Shown: positions 40,564-55,100 of the stretch, in pieces
How the letters are laid out: every line of letters begins with the position of its first letter
Numbering within the stretch: position 1 is the first letter of the stretch
From: Eledone cirrhosa
Taxonomy: Eukaryota
Direction: 5' to 3'
DNA: 64,000 bases
Assembly: GCA_964016885.1 (NCBI GenBank)
Contig: OZ024744.1
Span: 78,678,001 to 78,742,000, forward strand
The notes under the pieces: generated by a model
The model's database searches: none
What the model was told of the DNA's origin: nothing
What the model saw: the letters and a program-made list of their open reading frames with translations, nothing else
Made by a program: the position numbers and the translations under genes

Positions 40564-43500
40564 CTGAAATAAAAGAATATAAAATATTTATGTTGGTACC
40601 ACAACATCCAGTCCAAATTAATGAGGTCGTGTAGGTGTCATGACAAAAAAACACACAGTCTACGCTGTAATGTAGCCGTGTAGGTAACAGGGTAAAAAGT
40701 TCCCAGTTCACACTGTAAATGTGGTTGGTGTTAGGAAGGGCATCCAGCCGTAGAAAACCTGCCAGACAGTCCTATACGAGTGAGACACGGTCGCCCGACC
40801 AATCTTGCCCCAAAAGAAGATAGACGTTAAACGATGATAATGATGATGATGATTATTATTTTAAACAGAAATTCAAAGATTATTATTATGGATTTAAAAA
40901 AAAAAAAAAATGTAAAAAATTAAAAAAAGAAATGATTTATACCTATAAATCAGCTTCACTCTCACTTAACCCTTAAAAACACTAATCCACTTGAAATTGC
41001 CTCTATCAAAGTGTTTAAATTTAAATTAAAATTTTGGACTGAAATCTCATTATTACATGCTTGATAAAGGAGGTAGATTGGCAGAATCATTAGAACATTG
41101 GACAAATGCTTAGCAGTATTTGTTATGATCCTTTATCTCCTGAGTTCAAAATTCCACAGAGGTCAACCTTCCAGGATTGATAAAATAAGTCCCAGTGAAG
41201 AATTAAGGTTGATATAAATGATTTTCATTTAGCTTTGTGCCTATGTTAGAAATCATTATTATTGGCAGTATGCTTTGAAGCATAGAGTTACCTCCCTTTA
41301 TGATCTGAGTTCAAATCCCGCCGAGGTTAACTTTGCCTTTCATCCTTACGGGGTCGATAAAATATAGTACCAGTAATGCACTGGGATAATTGTGGCCTTG
41401 TGCCTAAAGTAGAAACAATTATTATTGGCAGTATCGATAGAGGGTCGGACGCCATGCTTTGACGCATAGAGTTACGGCCCTTGCCATTCTGAGTTCAAAT
41501 CCCGCCGAGGTTAACTTTGTCTTTCATCCTTACGGGGTCGATAAAATAAAGTACCAGTAATGTACTGGGTATTTGCCGGCCTTGTGCCAATAGTAGAAAC
41601 AATTATTACATGACAGTTCTGTTGTTAAATATTTCTCCTTCATTATTAAGTTGTAAGTTACTTATGTCACTAAACCTCTCATAATTCTTGATTATTTTGA
41701 TAATTAAAACAAAAAGACTGTATATTCTTGTTATAAATATGGTCACAAAAGGGTTAAAATCTTAGCTTTTAATGGATAAAGGTATATGACCTGCTATCGA
41801 AAGGTCTGCAAGAGTATGGGATCAATGGCCAGCTTTTTGCTGCCCTGATGCCTCTATATGAACGCCCAAGTATTTGTATTTGGAGAAATGGTGCCAAACC
41901 AAAATCATTTGATGTGAAAGTCGGACTCTGTCATGGGTGCGTACTGTCACCTCTCCTGTTCATTATATTTATGATCGGGATTGACAACACAGCCGGGTTG
42001 GAAGTTGTATCACAACTGGCAAGTATAAAATCAGTCAGCTGAAATTTGCAGATGACATGGTGTTACCTAATTTAACAAAAAGTGATCTCTGACTTGCACA
42101 TGATAGGTTTGATACCGAGTACTGCATGGCTGGAATGGAAATCAGTGCTGTGAAAACTGAGAAGCACTTTCTCTCAAGGAAGCTAAGCTTGTGCAGCGCA
42201 CAATGTGAATGGAGTTCCTCTGAAGCAGGTGGAAAAGTTCAAATATCTTGGGGCTGTGTTCATAAATGATGGAAGGTTGGAAGCTGATTTAAGTGCAGGA
42301 ATTGCTGGATCTGGTGCAGTAATGCACCAGCTTCAGCATTCAGTAATCAGAAGAAAAGACATAGGTGTAAAAGCCAAACTCACTATCTTCAATTTGGTAT
42401 TTGTGCCAATCCTTACCTATGGTCATGAATCTTGTGTAATGACTGACAGAATGCAATCACAAATACAAGTGGCCAAAATGAGGTTCCTTCGAAGGGTCTT
42501 TGGAGTAACGTTACTGGATAGCTCATAGATCAGAGAGTCACTCCAGGCAGAGCCGTCACTTCTCCAAATTGAGAGATCACAGCTCCGACACTATGAGCAT
42601 GTGGTTAGAATGTCTCAGGAAAGATTCGCTGGACAAAACCAATTGGCAAGAGACCGAGGAGTAGACCCTGAGCAAATGGTTGGATAACATCTATGAGCTT
42701 GGCTGGTCTCGCTTGAAGATCCAGCCGGAACAGTTGGAGATGGTTCCTTCTGACACAACCCATTGGAAGGAGTGTTTGAGGACTCTGCCCTCATGACCCT
42801 CTCAGGAATACTGGAGAAGTCCACTAGAAATCATTCCAGCATATATACTGTTTATTTATTACATTGAGGTTGAAATTTCTGAAGTCCTTCAATAACTCAA
42901 AAGGTTTAGATTACAAAGAGTAGATAATAGCAGAATTAATTGTTTGTTGTTGGAATTAAGTTTCAAATATTTTCAATAGAGAGTTTAATAATTGTTTCTA
43001 CTTTTGGCACAAGGCCAGCAATTACCCAGTGCATTACTGGTACTTTATTTTATCGACCTCGTAAGGATGAAAGGCAAAGTTAACCTTGGCGGGATTTGAA
43101 CTCAGAATGGAAAGGGCCGTAACTCTATACGTCAAAGCATGGCGTCCAACCCTCTACCGATACTGCCAATCCACCAATAGAGAGTTTAATAATACTTCAA
43201 ACACAAGTGAGCAAGACATGGTTTTCCAACTTGTCTAGGACAGCAACATCTCCATATAAGTACTGACTTAGACCAGGACCCGATGTCCCACTTATGCTAA
43301 CATGGAAAGTGGACATAAAATAATGATAATAAAGATGATACCTTACTGTTGAGGTATAGGAAGGTGAAGGTCAGTAATTAGCAAAGTTAGAGATGTTGTC
43401 ATTCTTGGATTAAGCCACATTGTTATCACTTTCCTTCTGGCAGATTCCACTCTTAATTACCACATTTATGGGTAGCTAAAGCAATGAAAAGAGCACAAAT

Positions 43501-46500
43501 TGCCCAATGATCTACTCTTTTTAAGAGGCAAAATGTTGATATCTGAGGCACTGTTGTTATGGGGTTAAGATGATGGCCACAGCTTGAATGCTTCAATCAG
43601 GACTGACTTATGGCTAAGCAACAGTTATTGTTACAATATATAAAATCATTTCACTTTCATAAACATGGACCTGGATGTAAATGGAGACCAAAGACCATTA
43701 CAATCATGCTGCTGCTGCCATGCCACTGCCACCACCGCCATTGCTACCACTGTCACTGTTAACACCACCACCATTGCCACCACTGTCAATGCTAACACCA
43801 CCACCACCACAATGTAATGTCTATTTTCCTTGCAAGTAAGGGTTGGATTGGTCATCACAGACCAAGTTAGCATTCACATGGAACTGCTGATCTCTCAGAT
43901 GGGTCAGGCATCTACATCTCATTTACAAAACGTTCCCATATTCTACTGAATGCATTTTATCATGGCACCAGGACTAAGGAGGTTGTTATGGCTTTGACAC
44001 AGCTAAAGAGTGTTCCTGATCCTTTCTTTTGGGAGATTATTTTGTTCAGTTGGATGCTTTTCCTATCACCAAACACTTTACAGTATAGTAGTGAAGAGAA
44101 AACAATATGAACTAATGTGAAAGAAAGGCTATATAAATATTCTTCTTTTTCACAATACTTACATCTATCCATTTACATTCTGACACTTCCTGTTGACATG
44201 GCTTTAAATCTTCAGTTAATGGTCGTAAAATACAAATAAAATAGATATCTGAGCAGTCAAAATGGTAATTGTGTTGATGACGGAATGCCAATAAAGATTC
44301 AAATGCACATTTAACACCAGTTTCTTCAAATGTTTCCCTGATAGCCGTTTCTGGTAAATCTTCTCCTGTTTAATAAGAAAATTACACTTGTATTATATTG
44401 TGCATATATAAAATATATTGGTGCCTACATATAATAGATATATTGGTACATAAAAAATATGTTATCATCATCATAATTATCAATGTACATCCATTTTCTA
44501 TGCTGGCACAGGTTTAATGGGTTGTCAAAGTTGGAGAGCCATAACCATGTCCTGTTCATGTTTCCCATTTTGGCATGATTTCTATGGCTTCTTGTATTCA
44601 CAATTGTATTCTTTTGGTCATTACCCATGATTCATTACCATAGGTAAGGGTGCATTATAGTACCAATACCACCACTATACAGAATGTACTGGATGCATTT
44701 TATCATAGCACCAATACCATCACTTTACAGAATGTACCATGTGCATTTTATCATGGCACCAGAACTACCTTTTGGTGCATCTATAGTAAATATTGGTACA
44801 CATATTAAAATATATTATTACTGTCGATAAAATAAAGTACCAGTAATGCACTGGGTAATTGCTAGCCTTGTGCCTAAAGTAGAAACAATTATTACTTATG
44901 TAATAAAATAAAATTCAAGTGAGTGAAGGGAAATAACTCAAGTTGGCTAATGACATCAATTTAGATATGAGGTATGCAAAAAAAAAAAATCCTTAAAATA
45001 TTGAAATTTCCTCTTAGTTGGAGAAAGAAAACAAAAACCAAGTGGTAATTGTTAGCAACTCAAATAGAAGGGGAGATAATTTCAAAAAATTAAGAATTAA
45101 TTTCACAAAGATTTAAAGTTTTATGCTTAGTGGGGGAATCTATAACTACAGACATGTTATAGTCTTATTGGACATCATTAGTAAAACAGTTTTCTCTTTA
45201 CTGCTTGATCAGTGGACACAGACTTTTACATGTAGAAAAAGTGTTATGAAGAATTTGGTAGAATAATTATTTTTTCTTCAAGCAAAAATCTGTCTACATA
45301 TCAAAGCAGGCTTGAGAAAACTATGCTTCACTAATGAGATCTAATAAGACTGAAATATGCATGCAGTCATCACTTAGCTGATTTTTTTTTTACATCTGCC
45401 TGAAAATTCAATTTTCTTTGAAAAATAATTCTTAATTTCTTGAAATTATTGTCTCTCCCACTTGCAATTTTTAAAAAGTATTTAACACTTTCCACTAGAT
45501 TTGAGTTTATTTTTTATAAATAAGAGAAAATTTCAATTAATTAAAAAATTCCTGCATACATCACACAATACAATGCCACTCATCAATATAATAATAAAAT
45601 ACATTATTATATTATTATATATACCAATATATTAGATATATTGGTATCTTGCCTGCAATCTGACCTGGACACAATGCAACAATGGATCATGGACTGGCAA
45701 CTTGAGTTGGCTGTGGACAAGTGTACCACCATGTATTTTGGGAGTAAAAACCCAGCATGCACATACTCCCTCCACAACACTAATATCAAGAAGTCTTCTT
45801 GTGAACGTGACCTGGGCATTACTGTCAGCAGCGATTTCCGTTGGAGGAAGCATGTCTCTAAAATTGTCAAGAAGGCCGAGGGTGTCTTAACATCGCTCAG
45901 CAAGACCTTTGTCAGCCGCTCTCCAGCTATCTATTTAAAGCTGTATATAGCTATGGTGCGGCCACACTTAGAATTTGCATCACCAGTCTGGAACCCCTAT
46001 CTTGCTCAGAACATTGCCTGCCTGGAAACTGTTCAGAGACGTGCAACCAAGCGAATACCCTCCATCAGGCATCTACCATACTCTGAACGCCTTGCTTCCC
46101 TGGGCATGGATACATTGAAGCTCCGACGTCTGGCAACACCCATAAAATTATTAACCATCTTTCCAACAACAACCCTGAGTACCTTTTTGAATTCCATGTG
46201 TCTAACACCTGTGGACATGCTACAAAGTCAGAAAGCAGCACAGCTCTGATGACTTTCGGAAACATTTTTTCACGCTCAGAGTTGCTGAAGCATGGAACAA
46301 TCTACCTGCATCAGTTGTTAGCTGACGAGACACTGCATCCTTTAAAACCTGCATGCTTCCTGATATTCACCAACACTACACCTAATATTCCCCTTCCATA
46401 CACACGCACACATGTATATCATGACTCATACACTATTCACTTCCCTGACATTTGTATATTATTCTATGTACTATACATGCACCTTTGATGAGGTTATTAT

Positions 46501-49500
46501 TATTATATATGATAAAATATATTGCTCCATATATAATTACTCTCTACAATACTCAGTTAGCATCATCATTTAACATCCATCTTCCACGCTATCATGGGTA
46601 GGACTGGCTGTCCCTCTGTGAGGGATCAGGTTGGGTGACTGTGGCTCCCTCACTCAGAACTGATTTGGCTTGGTTTATACCTTCGTAACACCAACCACTT
46701 TACAGTGTGTACTGGGTGCTGTTTGTCGTGACACCTACATGACCACTTTACAGTGTGCGCTGGGTGCTTTTTGCAATATCTCCTACAAGACCACTTTACA
46801 GTGTGTGCTGAGTGCTTTTTGCAGTGTCTCCTACATGACCACTTTACAGTGTGTGCTGAGTGCTTTTTGCAGTATCTCCTACATGACCACTTTACAGTGT
46901 GTGCTGAGTGCTTTTTGCAGTATCTCCTACATGACCACTTTACAGTGTGTGCTGAGTGCTTTTTGCAGTATCTCCTACATGACCACTTTACAGTGTGTGC
47001 TGAGTGCTTTTTGCAGTATCTCCTACATCACCACTTTACAGTGTGTGCTGAGTGCTTTTTGCAGTGTCTCCTACATGACCATCTTACTGTGTGAACTGGG
47101 TGCTTTTTGTTGCGACATCAACATGACCACCTTACTGTGTGGACTGGGTGCTTTTTGTTGTGTCACCTACACGACCAGTTTACAATAATAATATTACTGC
47201 ATATATAATAGATATATTAGTGCATGTATTAAATATATTGGTGAATATACAATAAACTAAATCAGTATTAAAATATATTGGTGCATAGAGAAGAATTATA
47301 TTACTGTACACATAATAACAATTTTAGTTTTGACAGCTTCAGCATTTGGTCATTAGAAAAAGGGAGATACATGTAAAAGCCAAACTTACTATTTTCAATT
47401 CGGTATTCATGCTAACCCTTACCTATGGTAATGAATAATGGGTAATGACCAAAGAATACAATTATGAATACAAGCAGCCAAAATGGGGTTCCTACGAAGG
47501 GTCTTGGGTGTAACATTACTCGATAGAGTATTTAGCTCAGAGATCAGAAAGTTGTTCCATGTAGAGTTGCTACTTCTCCAAATTGAGAGATTACAACTCT
47601 AATTCTATGGGCATGTGGTTAGAATGTCTCAGGCAAGAATTGCTGGACAGATTTTACTGGCAAAAACCAACCAGCAAGAGACACAGAGGTAGACCCCGAG
47701 CAAGATGTTTGGAAAACATCCATGAGCTTGGGAATCCAGCAGAATCATTTGGAGATGGTTGCTACTGACAGGATCCGCTAGAAGCCATGTTCTGAGGAGT
47801 TTGCTCCTATGATCCTCCCAAGAAGAAGAAGAAAAAGGAGGAGGAGGAGGAGGAGGAGGAGGAGGAGGAGGAGGAGGAGGAGGAGAAGGAGAAGAAGAAG
47901 AAGAAGAAGAAGAAGAAGAAGAAGAAAAAAAAAAGCAGCAGCAGCAGCAGCAACATCATTGGTCAATGAGAGATTTTAATCCCATAGCTCAATGGTTAGT
48001 TATACAAAAATTTGTACTTTACTAAGAAAAAAAAACAAGTCAGGATTGGCCTCAGGAAAGGCATAAATCACATCATAGAACTTTACCTCATAAATTCTTG
48101 TTCAATGGAAGGATGGACATAAAAATGATAATGACAACAATGATGATGATAATGAAAAAGAATTAAATGTAAAAAAAAAAAAAAAAATACCTTTTTCAGC
48201 ATGACCTCCAGGAAGTTTCCATTTTGCTTGCTTTAGAAAATTTTCTTTTATAACAAGTAGTTGATTTTTATCATTCACAACAAAACCAGCAACTCCTGGA
48301 AAAAAAGAAAAAAATGATTTAAAGTATTATTAGTTTTAACCCTTTAACATTTATATTACTCTATATTTACTATTGTATTTTTATGGTAAACACTTTATCT
48401 CATATAATATCGAATTTATGTGATTTTGATTTTATTTATTTTGAGAACAATACCTTAATATCAGTATGAGAAATTGGTTATGGTCAGTTTGAACAGAAAG
48501 AAGAGAGAGAATTCTGACTTGGTATGGTCAGTTTAAATGCTAAAGGGTTAAAGTTTGTCTTTCATCCTGTTTTTTTATTTTTCAAGAATGTCTTGCCACT
48601 GCAGTTTCATGTGGTACAATACGTTAGGAGTTAAGTACTTATCTGAGGCAGCTTGCTGACTGTACAACTTTACTGGGTGTTTATAAATGTTTTAATCTGC
48701 TTTAGATTCAAGCAGGAATGGCTCTTCCAGCACATCTCCCACACCAACCTCCAGGGAAAAGCCTTCTCTATTCTGTCCACCAGGGCCACGAGGTGGCTGG
48801 CGTGTGGGCCCTCAATCGCTCATAATAGTGAGAGATGGGGAGAGTCGGAGAGTCAGAGGCAGTGACAATTTGGTTCCTTTCTGTTCGGACCTGGTGTATA
48901 TATGTATATATTTCACACTGATTCAGCAGAGAAATGCAACAATTTGTGATATCTGAAAGCTCATTTAAAATGTAAGCTTTTGTTACCCTGGTCATATCTG
49001 CCTGAAAGAATAGCAATGACAGAGAGTGAATAAGATTGTTCAGCCATTCAGAGACAAGGCAATCCTCTACATGCTGGGGCCACAAAAAATGCACCCAGTA
49101 CACCCTGTAAAGTGGTTGGTGATCAAACAGAAAATGTAGGGTAATGAGGAAGACCCTTTAGTATTGGTGTTAAAATAAAATACTCTCAGTACATTCTGTA
49201 AAGTGACTCATGATAAAAAAAAGCAATTATGTAATAGATACAACCTCATCAGACAGCTTATCAGGCTAAAAAATTTCTTTTGTAAAAAATACGGTGAAAG
49301 CTTATATTTCTAATATATATATCATCATCATCATCATTATCTTCGTTTAACGTCCACTTTCCACGCTAGCATGGGTTAGACGGGAGTTGTCCCACTTGAG
49401 GCAAGGTTTGGTCGGGTGACCGTGTCGCGCTCATATAGGACTATCTGGCAGGTTTTCTATGGCTGGATGCCCTTCCTAACACCAACCACATTTACAGTGT

Positions 49501-52011
49501 GGAACTGGGAACTTTTTACCGTGTTACCTACACGGCCACATTACAGCGTGGACTGTGTGTTTTTTCTCGTGACACCTACACGATCTCGATCTCATTTATC
49601 TCATTTATTTGGACTGGATGTTGTGGTACCAACTTTATAGAGAGAGGGTGGTGTTGGTGGGAGTGGGAGGATAGGGTAGGGGTAGTGGATTGGGGTGTAT
49701 ATTTGTTTAAGAGGAGCTGACTGACTGTAGGTTTCGCTTTGTACATAGGCAAGGCGGGTCTTCTGTATTACTGCGTAGCGCCAAAGATCTCGGTCCAGAG
49801 ACATTGTCTTAGAGAGATGTAAGTGTGTGAGATCGGAATTTATCAGATTGTCCCAGGTTTTTCTGGGTCTACCTACTCCGTAACTACCATCAATTTTGAA
49901 CGCCCTGCACTTTTTTTATACAGCTGTCGTCTTTCATGCGCATCACGTGGCCATACCAACGTAGTCTTCTCTCGAGTAAACAGCATCTGATCCCTCTTAT
50001 TCCTAATTTCTCACTTAGTTCACTTATGCTTTGCCGTTCACGTATATTACTATTACACATCCAACGGAGCATGCATGCTTCGTTCCTTTCCAGTATACGC
50101 AGGTCCTCTGCACGCAATGCCCATGTCTCACTGCCATGTAGCATTACTGTTCGTATACAAGCATCTTACAATCTGCCTTTCATTTTTAGAGAGAAACCTT
50201 TTGTGGCCAATAGTGGTATAAGCTCTCTGAACTTTTTCCATCCCGTTCTGACTCTGGCTATTGTACTTTCAGAACACCCTCCACCACTGCTGATTTCGTC
50301 ACCCAGGTAACGGAAAGTGTCTACTATTTCTATAGAACCATCTGGGCAATAGAAGGGACTAGTATCCTGTGGACACTTGCTACCTATTTCACCTGAGCAT
50401 CGGCCACATATAAAGTCTACGTTCTTAGATAGTTTACCTGTGATCCCACTACATCTTTTATGTACCCATACTTTGCATTTGGGACATAAAATTGAATTTC
50501 TGCCTACTCCTTTCCTACACACTGAGCAAGGCCATTTCCCTGAGGGTACCTGTGCCTTATTTTCCTTTCTACAAACTAGGATTTTAGTCTTACACAAGTT
50601 AACTTTAAGGCCTTTTGATTCTAGGCCATGCTTCCATGTTTGGAATTTCTTTTCTAGTTCAGCCATTGATTCAGCTATGAGCGTTAGATCATCTGCGTAT
50701 AGGAGATCCCATGGGCAGCTGGTCTTGAACTCCTCTGTTATAGTCTGAAGGGCAATAATAAATAGGAGGGGGCTAAGGGCAGAGCCTTGGTGAACACCAA
50801 CTTTTACACTAAATTCTTCACAATATTCATTGTTAATTCTAATCTTACTGACTGTTTCATTATACATAGCTTGTATAGCTCTCACAAACCATTCATCTAC
50901 ACCTAGTTTTCTAAGAGCCCACCAGATAATGGAGCGGGGGACTCTGTCAAAGGCTTTTTCCAGGTCTACAAAAGCTAAGTAGGGTTTACTTTTAGCTAGG
51001 TACTTCTTTTGTAGTTGTCGTACAAGGAAAAGAGCGTCTGTGGTACTTTTACCTGACACAAACCCAAACTGCATTTCATCTAGATCAATTCGCTCTCTGA
51101 TTAGTTGCACTATAACTCTTTCTGTGACCTTCATGACCTGGTCAACTAACTTAATGCCTCTATAGTTTCTTCTATCTAGACCATCTCCTTTACCCTTGTA
51201 GCAGTTAATGATGATGCTGCTACGCCAATCTTTTGGTATGACCCCATTCTGTATTACTTGGTTAACTATACGGGTGACCATAGTATGTCCCACCATTCCA
51301 GATGCCTTCAACATCTCAGCAACTATCTCCGAAGGCCCAGCTGCCTTGCCTGTCTTCATATCTTTGATTGCCTTACTTATTATACTACCTTTAACTTGCA
51401 CCGTTGGTCCTTCTATTGGATCGATTTGGGGCAGACTATCTTTTTCCCACTTATTCTCTTCATTTAATAGTCTCTCGTAGTGACACTTCCAGGCTATCTT
51501 CTTAGCATCAGTGAGGGCAAGTACACGGTTATCATTACGGACACACTTCTCCCCGACAATATCACGGTTTTCCTTGACACATTGTCTAGCAATCCTGAAC
51601 ACCTCGCGTTTTTGGTCCTCACGTTGCAGAACATGCTTGAACTTTCTATCCTCTGCTACCCTTTTTGCAAGGTACACTTGTCTCCTAGCTTTTCTCCTGG
51701 CCACTTGATAGTGTTCTCTACTTCCCCCATCCTGCCATACTTTCCAAGCCTGCTTTTTGGCCTTGATTGTCTCTTCCACCTTACTGTTTCATCACCAAGT
51801 TACTCTCCTCCTGCCAATAGGTCTGCTCCAGCCACAGATTTCATCCGTAGCTTTCAGCAGGTTCACTTTCAAGAATTGCCACTGTTCCTCTATATCACAC
51901 GTCTCTAATTGCTCTTCCTTATTGTTAAAGGCATCAAGTAATAAGCTTTTATTCAACTTCCATATTCTTCTCCTCAAGGTAGGCCTCCTCTGTCGTCGAG
52001 CAAGTCTATTC

Positions 52012-52047
<36 letters not shown>

Positions 52048-52144
52048 GTGTGTGTGTGTGTGTGTGTTGTGTTTCGTCTGTTTTTCCATTGTCTTCGCCC
52101 ACTGTTTTTTATTTGTTATATAATCTTACCCATGCAGGAGACTT

Positions 52145-52188
<44 letters not shown>

Positions 52189-55100
52189 TCATCATCATCA
52201 TTTTATGTCCACTTTGCCCTGCTTGCAAGGGTTGGACGGGTCCTATTCAGCACAGCATCTCTCCACTTGTCATGGTCCTTCGTATATATATATATATCAC
52301 ACACACACATAATTTGTGATACATTATGCCTTTTTTCATGACATAAAAAATTTCAATTTGACATATCATCACATCATCATCATTTTACGTCTGCTTTTCC
52401 CTGTTTGCAAGGGTAGGACGGGAACTGATTCTGGCTTGATTTCTACAGCTGGATGCCCTTCCTAACACCAACCTCATTTACAGTGAGTGCTGGGTGCTTT
52501 TTTTCCGTGGCACCTACACGTCCACTTTACAGTGTGGGCAGGGTGCTTTTTTGCCGTGGGCCCTCCATGACCACTCTGCAGTGGAATGATAGGGACCCCA
52601 GTCCTATCATCTCATTTCTACAACTGAGTAAACTGGAGCAATGTGAAATAAAGTGTCTTGCTCAAGGAAACAACACATCACCCGGTCTGAGAATTGAACT
52701 CACAACCTTTTGATTGCAAGGCCAATGCTCTAACCACTAAGCCATATATGGTAGATTGTAAATGTATGTAAAATGGAGATGCAATTTTATATATACTCAA
52801 TGACTCAATATATGTAGAAGAGTTTATTTCTACATTTAAAATTTACGATTCATGGGAGATGTATGGGCGTGGGGCGGTAGGGGCAGGGTGGCGCATGCTA
52901 TGCTATATATAGCATGCACTACCCTGCTCCTTCCAACCCACTCCTATATATATATCCCATGAGGATAAACTGAAGTATACATTCAAAGAAGCTTCCGGGC
53001 CCACACTGTAAAGTGGTCATGATGGTGACATGACAAAAAGCACCCAGCCCACACTGTAAAGTAGTTGTGTGGGTGACACAACAAAAAGCGTCCAGCACAC
53101 ACTGTAAATGTGGTTGGCGTTAGGAAGGGCATCCTGCTATAGAAACCAAGTCAAAATCAGTCCTGAGTAAACAAAACATGGTCCTCCGACCAGATCTCTC
53201 ACAACGGCACAGCCCATCTTACCTATGCTAACGTGGAAAATGGATGTTAAACGATGATGATGATAATGGTGATGATGATTGATTCACTTAAACTTTTGAT
53301 TCTTCAGTTTCTTGTAGCAGTGAAGTTTCTGCTTTAGTTTGAAATAAATGTTAAAACTGTAACATACTTACCAATATATTGATTTGCATATTCTGGTAAA
53401 GTACTGGGTTCATCTGATTTCAACCATTTATTGAGCATAACATAACCCGGTTGGGCATGATGGAACTCAAATCCACACTAAATAAGAAAGCAAATAATTA
53501 ACTTATTTATCTTTCTAACTATCACTCCTTCTATCACCCTATCTATCTATCTATCTATCTATCACACACTCTATCTATCTATTGCACCGCCCCCTCTCTC
53601 TCTATATATATATATATACACACACATGTATAAACATACACACATGCATTATGTGACCAACAACCTCCCTATTACTGGTGCCATGATAAAACACACTCAG
53701 TACACTTTTCAAAGTGGTTGGAGTTAGGAAGGGCTTCCAGTTATAGAAACCATACCAAAAAGGGCTGAGATGACCTAACAGTCATAATACGATGACCTAT
53801 CTAATGTTTGTACCTTAAAAAAAAAATCCACCCTTGTACATCCTGTAAGGAAGGTTGTTAAGAAGGTTTTCATATGTAGAGAGTTATATATGAGAATATA
53901 AATTGCTAAATATTTTCAGAGTGGATTCAATGTGTTTATGTAATATTGGTTAGAAGAATAAGAAATGTTATTGAGGAAAAAAGGTATGGACAGATAGATG
54001 TAAACACAGAGCGTAGTATATAAGCAAAAACGAAAGATGGAGTCGAAATTCTACATAAGTTTAACTCTTTAGCATTTAAACCAGCCATAACCAACCAGAA
54101 TTCTCTCACCCCTTTCTTTTCAAACCAACCACAACTGGTTGCTCATCCCAACATTATGGTATTATTCTCAAAATAAATAATATCAAAATCTTATAGAATC
54201 GATATTATGTGAGGTAATTATGCGAGGTCAAGTCTTTTCTGTGAATATATAATAGTAAATATAGAGTAATATATATGCTAAAGGGTTAATACTTTACATA
54301 TGTTTCAGGTGTGGCATAAATATTACACATTTATGCCACACCTGAAATATTACACATTTAGACATTTAGGTACAATTGGGAACTTGTGTGAATAAAGAAA
54401 AAAGAGAATAAAAGTATATATTATTCCATGCTATATCTATGTCAGTGGTTTGGTATGAAGGTGCGGTGTGAAATAATATATGTTTTTATTTGTATTTTCT
54501 TTACTCACACAATTTACTTGTACGATCCCAATTGTAGCTAAATGTGTAATATTTATACCACACCTGAAACATAGGTAAAGTATTTAAACTTATGCAGATC
54601 CTGGGTACACAAGAGGTGTAGTGGGACAGCAGGCAAACTAACAGGAAGGAAACACTTCATATGTGGTAGATGTTCAGGGAAATTTGATAGTAGAAGTGTC
54701 AGTGATAGACACATTTTTCAAATGCAGGTAGGATCTATAGAAGTAGTTGATAGCTTCCGATACATAGGCAATCAGATTAGCAAGGGAGGAGGATGCTCCG
54801 AGGCCATAGTATCTAGAATAAGGACAGGATGGAAGAAGTTTAGGGATCTGCTTCCTCTGTTGACAATGAAGGGTTTCTCCCTACAAACGAAAGGTCGGTT
54901 ATATGTTGCCTGTGTGAGATGCGCAATGCTGCATGTAGTGAGACATGGGCAGCAACTGCAGAGGATATGCGATGGCTGGAGAGAAATGAAGCATGCTCCG
55001 ATGGATGTGCAATGTCAATGTGCGTGAACGACCAAGCATAGACGAGTTGAGAGTGAAACCGTGTTTAAGTTGAATAAACTATAGTGTGCAGGAGAGAAGA

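Noticed and set aside
46670-47188. 172-aa and 113-aa Cys/His-rich repeat proteins (zinc-finger- or keratin-like)
   Set aside because: These are translations of the 48-bp minisatellite in a LINE 3' UTR, intronic and antisense to the host gene.
47778-47966. Poly-Leu/Ala ORF (and the poly-Val ORF at 43646-43873)
   Set aside because: These are translations of trinucleotide or low-complexity repeats.
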